Of a stretch of 64,000 nt of DNA, positions 20,396 through 31,168 are shown one piece after another. The stretch is from Sedimentisphaerales bacterium (GTDB taxonomy: Bacteria; Planctomycetota; Phycisphaerae; Sedimentisphaerales; SM23-30): assembly GCA_963666285.1 (NCBI GenBank), contig OY762711.1. One strand, written 5' to 3'. Under the pieces are notes generated by a model that was not told the DNA's origin, did not search any database, and was given only the letters and a program-made list of their open reading frames with translations. A program made the translations under genes and the position numbers. The number at the start of each line of letters is the position of its first letter. Within the stretch, counting starts at the first letter, position 1.

Positions 20396-23020
20396 TCAGC
20401 TGCCTTCGGGTTTGATCTCGGAGGTGGCAAGACTGGCGGGCATAAAGAAATCATCGACCGGGTCGGGGTTGGCCGGGTCGAAATCGGTCAGATCGTCAAC
20501 CAGGAAGATTGCCAGCTGGGGCACTTCGTTTTTTATACCTTCTACGATGCATCTGGCGAGCTCGTAGGCACCGTATGCGTTGTGATGGGTGCCGTCTACA
20601 AACGCCCTGGCAGAGGGTTCAGGGCCCATAGCCTCATAGAATTTTCGGCTCATGGCATGCAGGTCGATAAGAGGTACACCCTGATCTTTAGCCAGCTGTT
20701 TCATAGCTTCGGGGAAGCCGCTCATAGTATCGATAACTTTGCCGCTATCGTCGAAGCGTCGGCGATGCATAGATGTTACCAAAACCGGGTTGGCCTTATG
20801 TTTGCGGGCAACATCCATAAATTCGGTTAGTGATTTCTGGTAGCCGATCTCTTCGGGGGTGCCGCGTTTCATGTCGTTATGGGCAAACTGGATGAACATG
20901 TAGTCACCAGGCTTGATCTGGGTTTCGATTTTTTCCAGACGGCGTTCACCCTTGAAAGCTCGCAGAGTTTCGCCGGATTCGGCATAATTGGCAATAGCAA
21001 CCTCCGGCTTGAAGAACCTGGTGAGCATCTGTCCCCAAGAGGTCCATGGTTCGAGCGTCTGGTCGTTTACAGTTGAATCGCCGCAAAGAAAAACAGTTGG
21101 CAGATTGTCAGCTTTTTCGATCTCGACGGCAGAAACAGACGGGTTTTCTCCGTTGAATTCGAGGGTGAGACTATTGTCCCAATGATAACAGGTCGGTTCT
21201 TTTTCGCGAGGCTTTAGCTTGACAGAGCGGCCTTCTGATATCCGGCTGCTGCGGATATTGACAATGAAAGTAAGTTTTTTAGATTCATTAGCGGCAATTT
21301 TGACATTTTCGAGCATAAGGCGGCGAGACTCAGCTTTGACATACATATTTGCAGGTTTATTGCCGCCCAGAGTAACGGTAACACGATAGTTACCCTCTTC
21401 GGGAACATCAGTAGAAAACATAATGGGTTTGTCGCTGGTGCAGAAATCGATAAGCGGCGAATTATTATTTTTAAATGCATCTGAAGAAATATTGGTACCC
21501 GGCAGGAAACCAAAACCGGTTTCAGCTGAATAGATATCTTTGGGTGTAACCGGAGTGTAGCCCTCGTCAGCATCATTTGAGCCAAAATCGAACTTTAAGG
21601 TTACAGCACTCGCGGGATTGGTGTCGCCGAACCGGACATTGGTTTCAGTGATATTTTCGGCGTTTTTGACCTCTTTAATCTTTTTGGTAACCTTGCTGAC
21701 TTTGACATTTTTGAGTGCGATATCACGGACGGGCCGGTCTTTTTCGCCGCGTATCCACAGGCCGTATTCCATTTCTCCTGCGGTCACATTTTCTATCCGG
21801 ATGTTACCGATCTTTGTAAGCCTGGTTTCGTATGTCGGGACAAGGTCACGCCATTGGTAGAGAACATCGGTGTCGATCTCGAGCAGAGCCTTGGCCGGTT
21901 TGGATCCGTGAAACCTGATATTATCAACATAGATATTTTCGACGAACCCGCCGCGGCGATGGTTGGTTTTGATAAGCACACAACTGCGAACGAACCCCTC
22001 GTAAGGAGTATAGTTACAATCGTGCATATATACATTTCTAACGCCGCCGGACATCTCGCTGCCGATGGCGAGCAGGTTATGGCCCAGAATCACATTACAA
22101 TAGCGAATAACGATATTTTCGCTGCATTTACCGGTGCGCCAGGCATCCTGGTTGCGACCGGCTTTGATAACGATAGGGTCGTCGCCCTGATCGAACTGAC
22201 AATATTCGATAAGGACATTTTTGCAGAATTCCGGATCAACACCGTCGGTATTACGGCCGCGGCATTTGACATCTATGCCGCGAATAATAACATTTTCACA
22301 GAGTACCGGATGAACTGTCCAGAAGGGACTGTTGCGAATGGTAACATCTTCGATCAGTACATTTTTACAACGATTGGGCTGGATGAATTGCGGACGAAGA
22401 TGTATATCGTCTCTGACCATATTCCGCTCTTTGACCGGCACGTTCTTTGCGGCCATTTCGTATAGTTCCTTCAGGCCCTGCATATGGGCCGGCGGGCGGT
22501 TCATCCATCGACGCCATTTATACTGGTTGCAGGTGAGTTTGCCCTTGCCGGTAATAGCGATATTCTCACATTCAAAGGCGTAGATAAGCGGTGAATAGTT
22601 CATACACTCCATACCTTCCCAGGTAGTATGTACGACAGGAAGATAATCAGCCGGGTCGTCGGAGAATACCAGCTCGCCGCCCTCCAGAATATGCAGATTG
22701 ACATTGCTCTTTAGATGGACGGAACCGGTAAGCCATTGACCGGCGGGTACAACAACACTGCCGCCGCCGGCTTTGCTACAGGCATTGATAGCCTTTGCGA
22801 TTGCGTCAGTATTTTTGATCTCACCGCCCGGCTGAGCGTCATAATCAAGAATATTGAACTGTTTATCCTGGAAAACCGGGCGATGCATCTCCGGCATGGG
22901 GAAAGGTGCATTTATCGGCTGAATTTCAGCAGGAGCCTTCAGGGCGGCTCTGCATTGAAAACTCATAGCCGACAATAACATATAAACAAGCAACATAGAA
23001 AATAATTTAGCGAATTTCAT
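20396..23020 (-). CDS. GH28 polygalacturonase-like enzyme fused to rhamnogalacturonan acetylesterase (CE12, SGNH)
   Basis: NTDG, GDD, IGSE, IKT GH28 motifs; GDSTV, SWGQM, QFAHND, DGTHH SGNH motifs; signal peptide. Confidence 0.88.
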   Translation of the reverse strand: MKFAKLFSMLLVYMLLSAMSFQCRAALKAPAEIQPINAPFPMPEMHRPVFQDKQFNILDYDAQPGGEIKNTDAIAKAINACSKAGGGSVVVPAGQWLTGSVHLKSNVNLHILEGGELVFSDDPADYLPVVHTTWEGMECMNYSPLIYAFECENIAITGKGKLTCNQYKWRRWMNRPPAHMQGLKELYEMAAKNVPVKERNMVRDDIHLRPQFIQPNRCKNVLIEDVTIRNSPFWTVHPVLCENVIIRGIDVKCRGRNTDGVDPEFCKNVLIEYCQFDQGDDPIVIKAGRNQDAWRTGKCSENIVIRYCNVILGHNLLAIGSEMSGGVRNVYMHDCNYTPYEGFVRSCVLIKTNHRRGGFVENIYVDNIRFHGSKPAKALLEIDTDVLYQWRDLVPTYETRLTKIGNIRIENVTAGEMEYGLWIRGEKDRPVRDIALKNVKVSKVTKKIKEVKNAENITETNVRFGDTNPASAVTLKFDFGSNDADEGYTPVTPKDIYSAETGFGFLPGTNISSDAFKNNNSPLIDFCTSDKPIMFSTDVPEEGNYRVTVTLGGNKPANMYVKAESRRLMLENVKIAANESKKLTFIVNIRSSRISEGRSVKLKPREKEPTCYHWDNSLTLEFNGENPSVSAVEIEKADNLPTVFLCGDSTVNDQTLEPWTSWGQMLTRFFKPEVAIANYAESGETLRAFKGERRLEKIETQIKPGDYMFIQFAHNDMKRGTPEEIGYQKSLTEFMDVARKHKANPVLVTSMHRRRFDDSGKVIDTMSGFPEAMKQLAKDQGVPLIDLHAMSRKFYEAMGPEPSARAFVDGTHHNAYGAYELARCIVEGIKNEVPQLAIFLVDDLTDFDPANPDPVDDFFMPASLATSEIKPEGS

Positions 23021-23211
23021 CCTATTCCTTTCTCAAACATTAAACACATATCAGAAAACATATTATAACTTTAATAAAATCAAGTTCCAGTGTTTTTTCG
23101 TAGTCAAGCAAATGAGGATGGCAGACAAATTTTTGCTTCTCATCACAACATGACGAAAGTATAATACTATTTTCAAAATGATATCTGTAAATTTATCCGG
23201 AGAGTATTGAC

Positions 23212-24876
23212 ATGAAAAAAATATTGTTATATTTAATCACTGTATTATTTCTCATTCCATTCTGCCAACATGCAAACGGCGAAAAGAATCTGCCCAAGCT
23301 GCCGATTGGCATGAATCTGCCGTCGAATAACTATTATACGACCGGGATAATTTTTAAGGATGTAATGAAAACTGCCAGCGAAATGATAACATTCAACAAC
23401 GAAGGTGAGTCGCCATGGAATACCGAGCTGCTGGGTAAGATTGTTAGAGATGAGAACGGCTACCCGCTGGAAATACCGGCGAAGATACCGGGTAATAAGC
23501 CGCAATGCGTAAGATTTCTTTTTAACAATAACTACCCTGCCGGGAAATATTTATTGAGCTATGATGGCGAAGGCGAGCTGGAGGTAAAGTCAGCGGCTAC
23601 CGAAAAAAAAGACGGCAAGACATATATTATTATCGATGGTACCGGCGGCCACAGATGGATAGACATTAAACGGTCAGTTAAAGAAAACCATATTCGTAAT
23701 ATTAAAATTATTGGTGAAGATTATGTTAATACGGATATTGATAAACAGCCGTTTCATCCGCTGTTTCTGAAAGGACTGGAACCGTTTCATGCATTGCGGT
23801 TTATGGACTGGATAAATACTAATGGTTCTCATCAGCAGTCATGGAAAGACCGGAGTTCTAAAACATATTACAGCCAGGGACTGGGAAACGGGATAGCAAT
23901 TGAATATGCGATAGAACTATGCAATGTACTAAATGAGGATGCCTGGTTCTGTGTGCCGCATATGGCGAACGATGATTACATACGCAGATTTGCAAAGCTT
24001 GCTGCCGGTAAGCTGAAGCCGGGCCTGCAGGTATATATCGAATATTCAAATGAGATATGGAACTGGGGATTTCCGCAGAGCCAGTGGGTATTGAAAAATG
24101 CACCGGGTGCTGCCGACCAATATGTAATTGACGGGCTAAAGGGAATCAACCCGGAGCCACAGGATCACCCGGAAAAAGATGCGTACATGATGCAGCGGGT
24201 ATTCCGAATCTGGCAGGAAGAGTTTCAGGCATCAAATCGAGACGGACTTGTACGTGTCGCAGCAGTTCAGCATGCGTGGCATGATAACACCCGTAGAATA
24301 TTGTGTTATCTATTTAAGAAAGATGGCCAGGGCAGACCACTGAACGGGCCAAAATATGCCGACAGCACCGGATCGGGTTGTGATGCGGTATCACCGGCAG
24401 GGTATTTCAGTTTTGGCGAAGATGATCATAAAAGATGGAATACAATGAAACCTGAAGAAGTAACCGCCGAGATGGTAATCGATGCTATGGCGCAGCTATA
24501 CGAGCAGAATTCCGGTCTCTGGACAGAAAAGACGGCAGAATATGCCCGGCAGTGGAAAGTTGATTATATTGTGTATGAAGGCGGCCAGCATGCCCAGCCA
24601 TGGAGGCAGCAGGACTGGGGCTATAACCAGGCAGTGTGGGATGCCCAGGTTGATCCCGGCATGTATGACATGTATATGACATTATTCCGCAAGCATACCG
24701 AACCACAGGTAAACTGCAAACTGTTTTGTGCCTTTTCATTTCTAAGCAAGCGAGAATCGAAATACGGATCATGGGGACACCTGGAAAACCTGGATCAGAT
24801 AAATGATATGGATAACATTATGATTACAGCACCCAAATACTCGGCTTTACTGGATGTGAATACTAAGAAAGAATAG
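23212..24876 (+). CDS. secreted uncharacterised glycoside-hydrolase-like protein
   Basis: signal peptide; LRFMDW, WFCVPH, EYSNEIWN, YEGGQH (NE and E pair resembles clan GH-A). Confidence 0.6.
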   Translation: MKKILLYLITVLFLIPFCQHANGEKNLPKLPIGMNLPSNNYYTTGIIFKDVMKTASEMITFNNEGESPWNTELLGKIVRDENGYPLEIPAKIPGNKPQCVRFLFNNNYPAGKYLLSYDGEGELEVKSAATEKKDGKTYIIIDGTGGHRWIDIKRSVKENHIRNIKIIGEDYVNTDIDKQPFHPLFLKGLEPFHALRFMDWINTNGSHQQSWKDRSSKTYYSQGLGNGIAIEYAIELCNVLNEDAWFCVPHMANDDYIRRFAKLAAGKLKPGLQVYIEYSNEIWNWGFPQSQWVLKNAPGAADQYVIDGLKGINPEPQDHPEKDAYMMQRVFRIWQEEFQASNRDGLVRVAAVQHAWHDNTRRILCYLFKKDGQGRPLNGPKYADSTGSGCDAVSPAGYFSFGEDDHKRWNTMKPEEVTAEMVIDAMAQLYEQNSGLWTEKTAEYARQWKVDYIVYEGGQHAQPWRQQDWGYNQAVWDAQVDPGMYDMYMTLFRKHTEPQVNCKLFCAFSFLSKRESKYGSWGHLENLDQINDMDNIMITAPKYSALLDVNTKKE

Positions 24877-24907
24877 TATTTTTATTAGCCGAAAAAAACA
24901 TGCGCAT

Positions 24908-24942
24908 AAAAAAGGCCGGCAAGGCACTCAAACCTTGCCGGC
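24908..24942 (-). terminator. intrinsic terminator after hcp
   Basis: GCCGGCAAGG / CCTTGCCGGC 10-bp stem with T-run on the minus strand. Confidence 0.7.
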
Positions 24943-25064
24943 AATTAGGAGTGGCGATATTACTGGGAGATAATATCGCCAAAAAATCTGGGAGCAAAAT
25001 TAAAAAATTTATTTTCTTTGCCTGTGTCCAAAAGTCGAACTCAGGCTCTTATTCTATTATATAA

Positions 25065-26717
25065 CTAACCCAACATATCTTTCAAGTCTTCTTTAGCATC
25101 ACCAACAGGTTTTATACCAAAATTTTGTACCAGCACATCCAGAACCGCAGGTGTTACAAAGGCCGGCAACGTAGGTCCAAGCCTCATATTTTTTATACCT
25201 AAATGCAGCAAAGTCAACAAGATACACACAGCTTTCTGCTCGTACCAGCTTAAGACAAGCGACAAAGGCAGGTCATTGACATCACATTCAAAGGCATTTG
25301 CCAAAGCAACAGCAATCTGAATTGCCGAATAAGCATCATTACACTGACCAACGTCTAAAAGTCTTGGAATTCCGCCAATATCACCAAATTCCAGCTTGTT
25401 AAAGCGATATTTTCCGCATGCCAGAGTAAGGATAACACAATCATCCGGTACAGCCTGTGCCAGCTCGGTGTAGTAATTTCTGCCGGGTTTGGCACCATCA
25501 CAACCACCAATAAGGAAGAAGTGTTTGACAGCACCAGCTTTTACTGCATCAATCACGGCACCTGCAACGCTCATAACAGCATTACGGGCAAAACCAATAG
25601 TAATCTTTTTCTCTTCGACATCTTCGATAAAGCCATCGGCAGCCAGGGCAGCATCAATAACAGGGCCAAAATCTTTATCTGCATCAATATGCTTAACTCC
25701 GGGCCATGCGACCAGACCAGTTGTAAATATTCGGTCGATATAACTATCAGCCGGTTTCTGGATACAATTGGTAGTCATAAGTATAGCACCGGGAAACTCA
25801 GCAAATTCTTTATGCTGATCCTGCCAGGCACCGCCATAATTACCAACAAGGTGGCTATACTTCTTGAGCTCAGGATAAGCCAGACACGGCAGCATTTCAC
25901 CGTGAGTGTAAATATTTACACCTTTGCCCTCGGTCTGCTTGAGCAGTAATTCCAGATCTTTAAGATCATGACCGGAAACCAGGATAGCTTTGCCTTTAAT
26001 CGGTGTAACCCTGACTTCAGTTGGTTCAGGATGACCATAAGTGTCTGTATTTCCTTTATCAAGCATTTCCATAACCTTTAGGTTAACTTCACCAACCTTA
26101 AGGGCCATGGCAACAAGCTTATCTACTTCTTTTGCTTCAGGAGTAGTCAGGAAATTAAGCGATTCATGGAAGAACCCCTGCACATCGGTATCATCTTCGA
26201 CACCCAGCACCAGGGCATGGTCCGCGTAAGCAGCTGTACCCTTGAGGCCGTAAACGATTAATTCCTGTAAGCCGTTAACATCTTCGCCCAAATCTTCGAG
26301 CTTCTTGGCGATACCTACCGCGGCAGAGTTTGCCAGCATAAGTTCGCGAGTTTCGGGGAATTGCCAGTTTTCCAGCTCTGCAATAACTTCCGGAGTCTGC
26401 CCGTCATTCTTTGCGGCTTCAACATACAAAGCTTTAGCCTGCTGAATTACTTCTTTGCCTTTCACTATTAACTTTTCAACACGCTGAGGATCAAAGTTTA
26501 CATTTGTAACAGTTGTAAACAATGCCTCAACCACAAAACAGTCAATCGAAGGGTCTTTTGCACCAAGCAATCTAGCCCGGTGAGCGTACATAGCAACGGC
26601 CTTTGCGATATATACAAGTAAATCCTGTAAATCAGAAACTTCAGGTTCTTTACCACAAACACCCTTTACGGTACAAGCCTGGCCCTTAGCCGTCTGTTCA
26701 CACTGATAACAAAACAT
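25065..26717 (-). CDS. hcp: hybrid cluster protein (hydroxylamine reductase)
   Basis: MFCYQCEQT..C..GVCGK, SGHDL, THGEML, GCDG, GQCND, SWYEQKA. Confidence 0.97.
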   Translation of the reverse strand: MFCYQCEQTAKGQACTVKGVCGKEPEVSDLQDLLVYIAKAVAMYAHRARLLGAKDPSIDCFVVEALFTTVTNVNFDPQRVEKLIVKGKEVIQQAKALYVEAAKNDGQTPEVIAELENWQFPETRELMLANSAAVGIAKKLEDLGEDVNGLQELIVYGLKGTAAYADHALVLGVEDDTDVQGFFHESLNFLTTPEAKEVDKLVAMALKVGEVNLKVMEMLDKGNTDTYGHPEPTEVRVTPIKGKAILVSGHDLKDLELLLKQTEGKGVNIYTHGEMLPCLAYPELKKYSHLVGNYGGAWQDQHKEFAEFPGAILMTTNCIQKPADSYIDRIFTTGLVAWPGVKHIDADKDFGPVIDAALAADGFIEDVEEKKITIGFARNAVMSVAGAVIDAVKAGAVKHFFLIGGCDGAKPGRNYYTELAQAVPDDCVILTLACGKYRFNKLEFGDIGGIPRLLDVGQCNDAYSAIQIAVALANAFECDVNDLPLSLVLSWYEQKAVCILLTLLHLGIKNMRLGPTLPAFVTPAVLDVLVQNFGIKPVGDAKEDLKDMLG

Positions 26718-26852
26718 AATATTATGCCCTTTCTTAGTTATCGCAATGTATTGTAACAACACATTGCTATTAGTCAAGTACAAGAAACCACTTTAACTTA
26801 AAAAACATCAAATTACATTTTCGAAAAAAACACCACTATAAAAACCAATTTA

Positions 26853-27248
26853 TTATAACAAATCGCTAATTTTTTTATCATTCAGATGAAAATCTATCAC
26901 CTTTTGCAATTCTGATAAATGACTGGTAATAGGACATTTACCTTTCATAGGACAAACAAAGCTGCTTAACAGACACTGATTTAACCTTACGCGTCCCTGC
27001 ATAGCTTCAATTACCTGCGCAAAACTGATATCACCAGCATCCTTTTTAAGTTCATAACCACCCTTGGGCCCTTTTACGCTGCAAACAATGCCGGCCCTGC
27101 CAAGGGTCTGGAGAAGCTTGCGAGCCAGCTCATAAGGAACAAGGTTATCTTCGGCAAGCTTCCTTACCGATACCGGTTGGCCCTGATTTTTGGCAAGTTC
27201 AGCAACGAGCCTGAATGCGTAATCTGTATTCCGTCTAATAATGTCCAT
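26853..27248 (-). CDS. Rrf2 family transcriptional regulator
   Basis: TDYAFR, SVKGPKGGY wing, three C-terminal Cys (CLLSSFVCPMKGKC). Confidence 0.92.
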   Translation of the reverse strand: MDIIRRNTDYAFRLVAELAKNQGQPVSVRKLAEDNLVPYELARKLLQTLGRAGIVCSVKGPKGGYELKKDAGDISFAQVIEAMQGRVRLNQCLLSSFVCPMKGKCPITSHLSELQKVIDFHLNDKKISDLL

Positions 27249-27260
27249 CAAAAACCTCTT

Positions 27261-27345
27261 TATGGGACAATATAAGTCTCATATATCTCAAAAAAAATAT
27301 AAGAAGCTTATATGGGACTATATCCTTCCCATTTAAATATGTCAA
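27261..27345 (-). promoter_or_regulatory. Rrf2 promoter with two 8-7-8 palindromic operators
   Basis: minus-strand TTGACA(27345-27340)-17-TATAGT; TATGGGAC-N7-GTCTCATA (27261-27283) and TATGGGAC-N7-TTCCCATT (27311-27333). Confidence 0.7.
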
Positions 27346-27447
27346 ATAAAGTTGAAAAAAACAAAAAAATAATATTAATTAACAACATAAAGACTTGTAC
27401 GGTACAAGTTTATATAAAATAATAAAAACAGATTTTCTCTTATCGGC

Positions 27448-28281
27448 CTAAGCAAATAAATTGAAATATACCAGTGAAACCACAGATGCTATCACAAGAT
27501 ATATAGCAAAAATCTTTAACTTTGCCTTACGAACAGCCCAGATAAGCAGGCTAAGAGCCATGAAACCGGTAATTGCACTTACTATAGCCCCGGCAACAAC
27601 AGGCCCCCAAGGCATAGAAGTGTTTTCCAGAGCCATGAATTCCATGCCCTTTATGAGAGCGGCACCAAGAATAGCTATAACGCCAATCAGGAAACTGAAC
27701 TCCCCTGCCCAGCGACGATGCAGACCTAGCAGCAGACAAACACAAATAGTAGAACCGCTGCGTGATATACCAGGGAGAATGGCAAAGCCCTGGGCTACAC
27801 CAACAATCAAGGCGCAACCAATTGTAAATTGCCGAACACGTCTGGTAGTTTTATATTTGCGGTCAGTTAGTAAAAGCAGCCCGGCAGTAACAAGCCATAA
27901 AATCGAAACGAAATTATGATTCTCAAAGGCATCTTCAATAGTCTTCTTTGAGATAACGTATATAACACCGGTAGAAAAAGTTGCAGCGAGGGCAAGAATA
28001 GCAAAACGCCAGGGAATACCAATTTGCAGCCGATTAAAATCGCCAACATCTCTAATCAAACCACCGGTAAACCTGGCAAAACTTCGTCGGTAATAGAACA
28101 ATATAGAAGCAACAGTGCCAACATGGACAGCCAGATCGAAAAGGATCAGCTCAGGAGATTCCGGGTTAAACTTCCAGAAATGCTGAATCATTACCAGGTG
28201 GCCGCTAGAGGATACCGGCAGGAACTCGGTGAGTCCCTGCAGTATGCCCATAATTATCGCTTTTATATATGTTAAATCCAA
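27448..28281 (-). CDS. uppP: undecaprenyl-diphosphate phosphatase
   Basis: QGLTEFLPVSSSGH and PGISRSGST motifs. Confidence 0.95.
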   Translation of the reverse strand: MDLTYIKAIIMGILQGLTEFLPVSSSGHLVMIQHFWKFNPESPELILFDLAVHVGTVASILFYYRRSFARFTGGLIRDVGDFNRLQIGIPWRFAILALAATFSTGVIYVISKKTIEDAFENHNFVSILWLVTAGLLLLTDRKYKTTRRVRQFTIGCALIVGVAQGFAILPGISRSGSTICVCLLLGLHRRWAGEFSFLIGVIAILGAALIKGMEFMALENTSMPWGPVVAGAIVSAITGFMALSLLIWAVRKAKLKIFAIYLVIASVVSLVYFNLFA

Positions 28282-28300
28282 AATATGTTCTCACTAATGT

Positions 28301-30961
28301 TTAGCCGACGACGATATTTATCAACTTTTTCTTGATAACGATTATCTTGCGGATAGTCTTGCCTTCAAGATGCTTTTGCACTTTATCGCTATTATTAGCA
28401 ATTTCCTTAATGGTATCTTCGTCAGAATCGGCCGGCACCATTAGCTTATCACGAACTTTTCCGTTAATCTGAATAACTAGCTGAATTTCCGGATCCTGCA
28501 GTTTTGATTCATCGTATTTCGGCCATGATTCGTAAGCAAGAGTGGTCGCATGACCAAGTTTCGCCCAAAGCTCTTCTGCCATATGAGGAGCAAACGGAGC
28601 AAGGAGCAGAATAAACTGCTCAACAGCAGCTTTATTACGCTTGTCAAGCTTAGTGAAAGCATTGACAAACTCCATCATAGCCGCAATAGCAGTATTGAAA
28701 GAGAAACCGTCAATATCGTCACCAACTTTTTTAACGGTCTTATTGAGCAGCCGCTCATCGACATCGGCCAGCGGCTCATCGCAGACAGCAGCGTTCAAAT
28801 TGCCGCTCTCTTCATCAACAATCATACGCCATGCTTTCATAAGAAACCTGTGCACACCCTCGACGCCCTGCATATTCCATGGCTTATTGGCACTGAGCGG
28901 CCCCATAAACATCTCGTAAAGACGCATTGAGTCTGCTCCATAATCGCGGATAACATCATCCGGATTGACAACGTTTTTCAGTGACTTACTCATCTTGGCA
29001 GTAAACTCGACAAGCTTTTCGCCGGTTTCCTTATGGAAAAACTCACCACTCTTGTTTTCTACCAGGTCGTTTTCGATTAAACGCCCTGCTTCGGTCTTGT
29101 AGCTTAGACCAAGGATCATCCCCTGGTTGACCAGCTTCTGGAACGGCTCTTTAGTAGAAACAATGCCCAGATCAAATAGTACTTTATGCCAGAACCGTGA
29201 ATATAGCAGGTGCAGTACCGCATGTTCGGCACCACCGATATACAGATCAACCGGCATCCAGTAGTTCTCTTTTTCCTTTGCAAATGGAGCACTATCATTT
29301 AAGGCGTCAATATACCTCAGGTAATACCAGCAGCTGCCGGCCCATTGAGGCATAGTATTGGTTTCACGGCGGTATTTTTTGCCGTCTTTTTCAAAATAGA
29401 GCCAGTCTGTACAATTGGCCAGCGGCGATTCACCTTCGCTGGAAGGTTTGAAATTATCAGATTCCGGCAGTTCGACCGGCAGATCAGCTTCATCAATCGC
29501 GACAACCTCACCATCTTCGGCATGAGCTATCGGGAACGGCTCGCCCCAATATCGCTGACGACTAAACAGCCAGTCACGCAGTTTGTAGTTAATTGCCTTG
29601 CAGCCAAGCCCCTGCTCTTCCAGCCAGGCAGTAATCTTTTCCTTGAATTCAGCGGTTTTCATACCGTCATATTCGCCGGAATTTATTGCAACGCCGGGAT
29701 CGGTAAAACAACCGTCGATATCAGAACCATCTTCGGGGGCAACAACCTGAACAACAGGCAGTTCAAATTTGGTTGCAAATTCGTGGTCACGATCATCATG
29801 GCCGGGTACACACATAATTGCGCCGGTTCCATAACTGGCCAGTACATAGTCACTAATCCAGACCGGGATTTTATTGCCATTTACCGGGTTAACGGCATAA
29901 GCACCGATGAAGACGCCGGTCTTTTCCTTGGCCAGGTCCATGCGGTCCAAATCGCTTTTCATAGCAGCCTGTGCCTGATACTCGGTAACGGCAAAACGTT
30001 CCTGGTCACCGCAGATTTTATCTACCAACGGATGTTCTGGAGCAAGTACCATATAGGTAGCACCAAACAGAGTGTCTGGACGGGTAGTAAATACACGTAT
30101 TTTGCGATGTTCCGGTTCAACAATAGCGTCAGGTACTTCCCATACCTTAAAATCAACTTCGGCACCAATACTTTTACCGATCCAGTCGGCCTGTAGTTTC
30201 TTGATACCATAGGCCCAGTCAAGACCTTCAAGATCGTTCAGCAGTCTCTCGGCATAAGCGGTAATACGCAGCATCCACTGACGCATCGGTTTACGAATAA
30301 CCGGATGACCTCCGCGTTCACTAACACCGCCAATTACTTCTTCATTTGCCAGAACAGTACCAAGTTCAGGACACCAGTTAACCGGGGCATATTCTTCATA
30401 CGCCAAACGTTTACTATCAACGTAAGCAGCTTTCTCTTTTTTACTCAGCCCTTCCGGAACCGGCAGTTCTTCTATAGGACGAGCTTTGCCGGCTGATTCA
30501 TCGTACCAGCTATTGTAAAGCTTCAGGAATATCCACTGGGTCCATTTATAATAGCCAACATCGGTAGTATTGACTTCGCGGTCCCAGTCGTAGCTGAAGC
30601 CAAGTGCCTTGATCTGACTGCGGATATTACTAACATTTTTCTCAGTCGTAATAGCAGGATGGGTGCCGGTCTTTACGGCGAATTGCTCAGCAGGAAGGCC
30701 AAACGCATCATAACCCATCGGATGAAGAACGTTAAAACCATTCATTCTTTTGAAGCGAGCTACGATATCACTAGCGGTATAACCTTCGGGATGACCGACA
30801 TGGAGCCCGCTGCCGGATGGGTATGGAAACATATCCAGTACATAGTATTTGGGCTTACTGAAGTCATCTTCTGTCTTGAAAGTCTTGTTATTTTCCCAGT
30901 ATTTTTGCCATTTCGGCTCAACCGATAAGTGATCGTATAAACCTAACCTGTTATCTGTCAT
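28301..30961 (-). CDS. leuS: leucine-tRNA ligase
   Basis: [21 protein letters not shown] editing domain, KMSKS. Confidence 0.98.
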   Translation of the reverse strand: MTDNRLGLYDHLSVEPKWQKYWENNKTFKTEDDFSKPKYYVLDMFPYPSGSGLHVGHPEGYTASDIVARFKRMNGFNVLHPMGYDAFGLPAEQFAVKTGTHPAITTEKNVSNIRSQIKALGFSYDWDREVNTTDVGYYKWTQWIFLKLYNSWYDESAGKARPIEELPVPEGLSKKEKAAYVDSKRLAYEEYAPVNWCPELGTVLANEEVIGGVSERGGHPVIRKPMRQWMLRITAYAERLLNDLEGLDWAYGIKKLQADWIGKSIGAEVDFKVWEVPDAIVEPEHRKIRVFTTRPDTLFGATYMVLAPEHPLVDKICGDQERFAVTEYQAQAAMKSDLDRMDLAKEKTGVFIGAYAVNPVNGNKIPVWISDYVLASYGTGAIMCVPGHDDRDHEFATKFELPVVQVVAPEDGSDIDGCFTDPGVAINSGEYDGMKTAEFKEKITAWLEEQGLGCKAINYKLRDWLFSRQRYWGEPFPIAHAEDGEVVAIDEADLPVELPESDNFKPSSEGESPLANCTDWLYFEKDGKKYRRETNTMPQWAGSCWYYLRYIDALNDSAPFAKEKENYWMPVDLYIGGAEHAVLHLLYSRFWHKVLFDLGIVSTKEPFQKLVNQGMILGLSYKTEAGRLIENDLVENKSGEFFHKETGEKLVEFTAKMSKSLKNVVNPDDVIRDYGADSMRLYEMFMGPLSANKPWNMQGVEGVHRFLMKAWRMIVDEESGNLNAAVCDEPLADVDERLLNKTVKKVGDDIDGFSFNTAIAAMMEFVNAFTKLDKRNKAAVEQFILLLAPFAPHMAEELWAKLGHATTLAYESWPKYDESKLQDPEIQLVIQINGKVRDKLMVPADSDEDTIKEIANNSDKVQKHLEGKTIRKIIVIKKKLINIVVG

Positions 30962-31168
30962 AATCTTATGCTTTCTCTATACAACGTGCATCTTAATTAA
31001 CTTAAATCAAAATAGACCTGTAATTTTATATATAAAATCGTCATAAATCAAGGAATTCATTAGAATTAACATGCAAAGGATAACAGCTTTTATAACATTG
31101 CATAAAAACAGCTAATAACCTAAAATATGCTGTTTTCTGATTAAATGAAATATTAAACGGAGTAAAAA

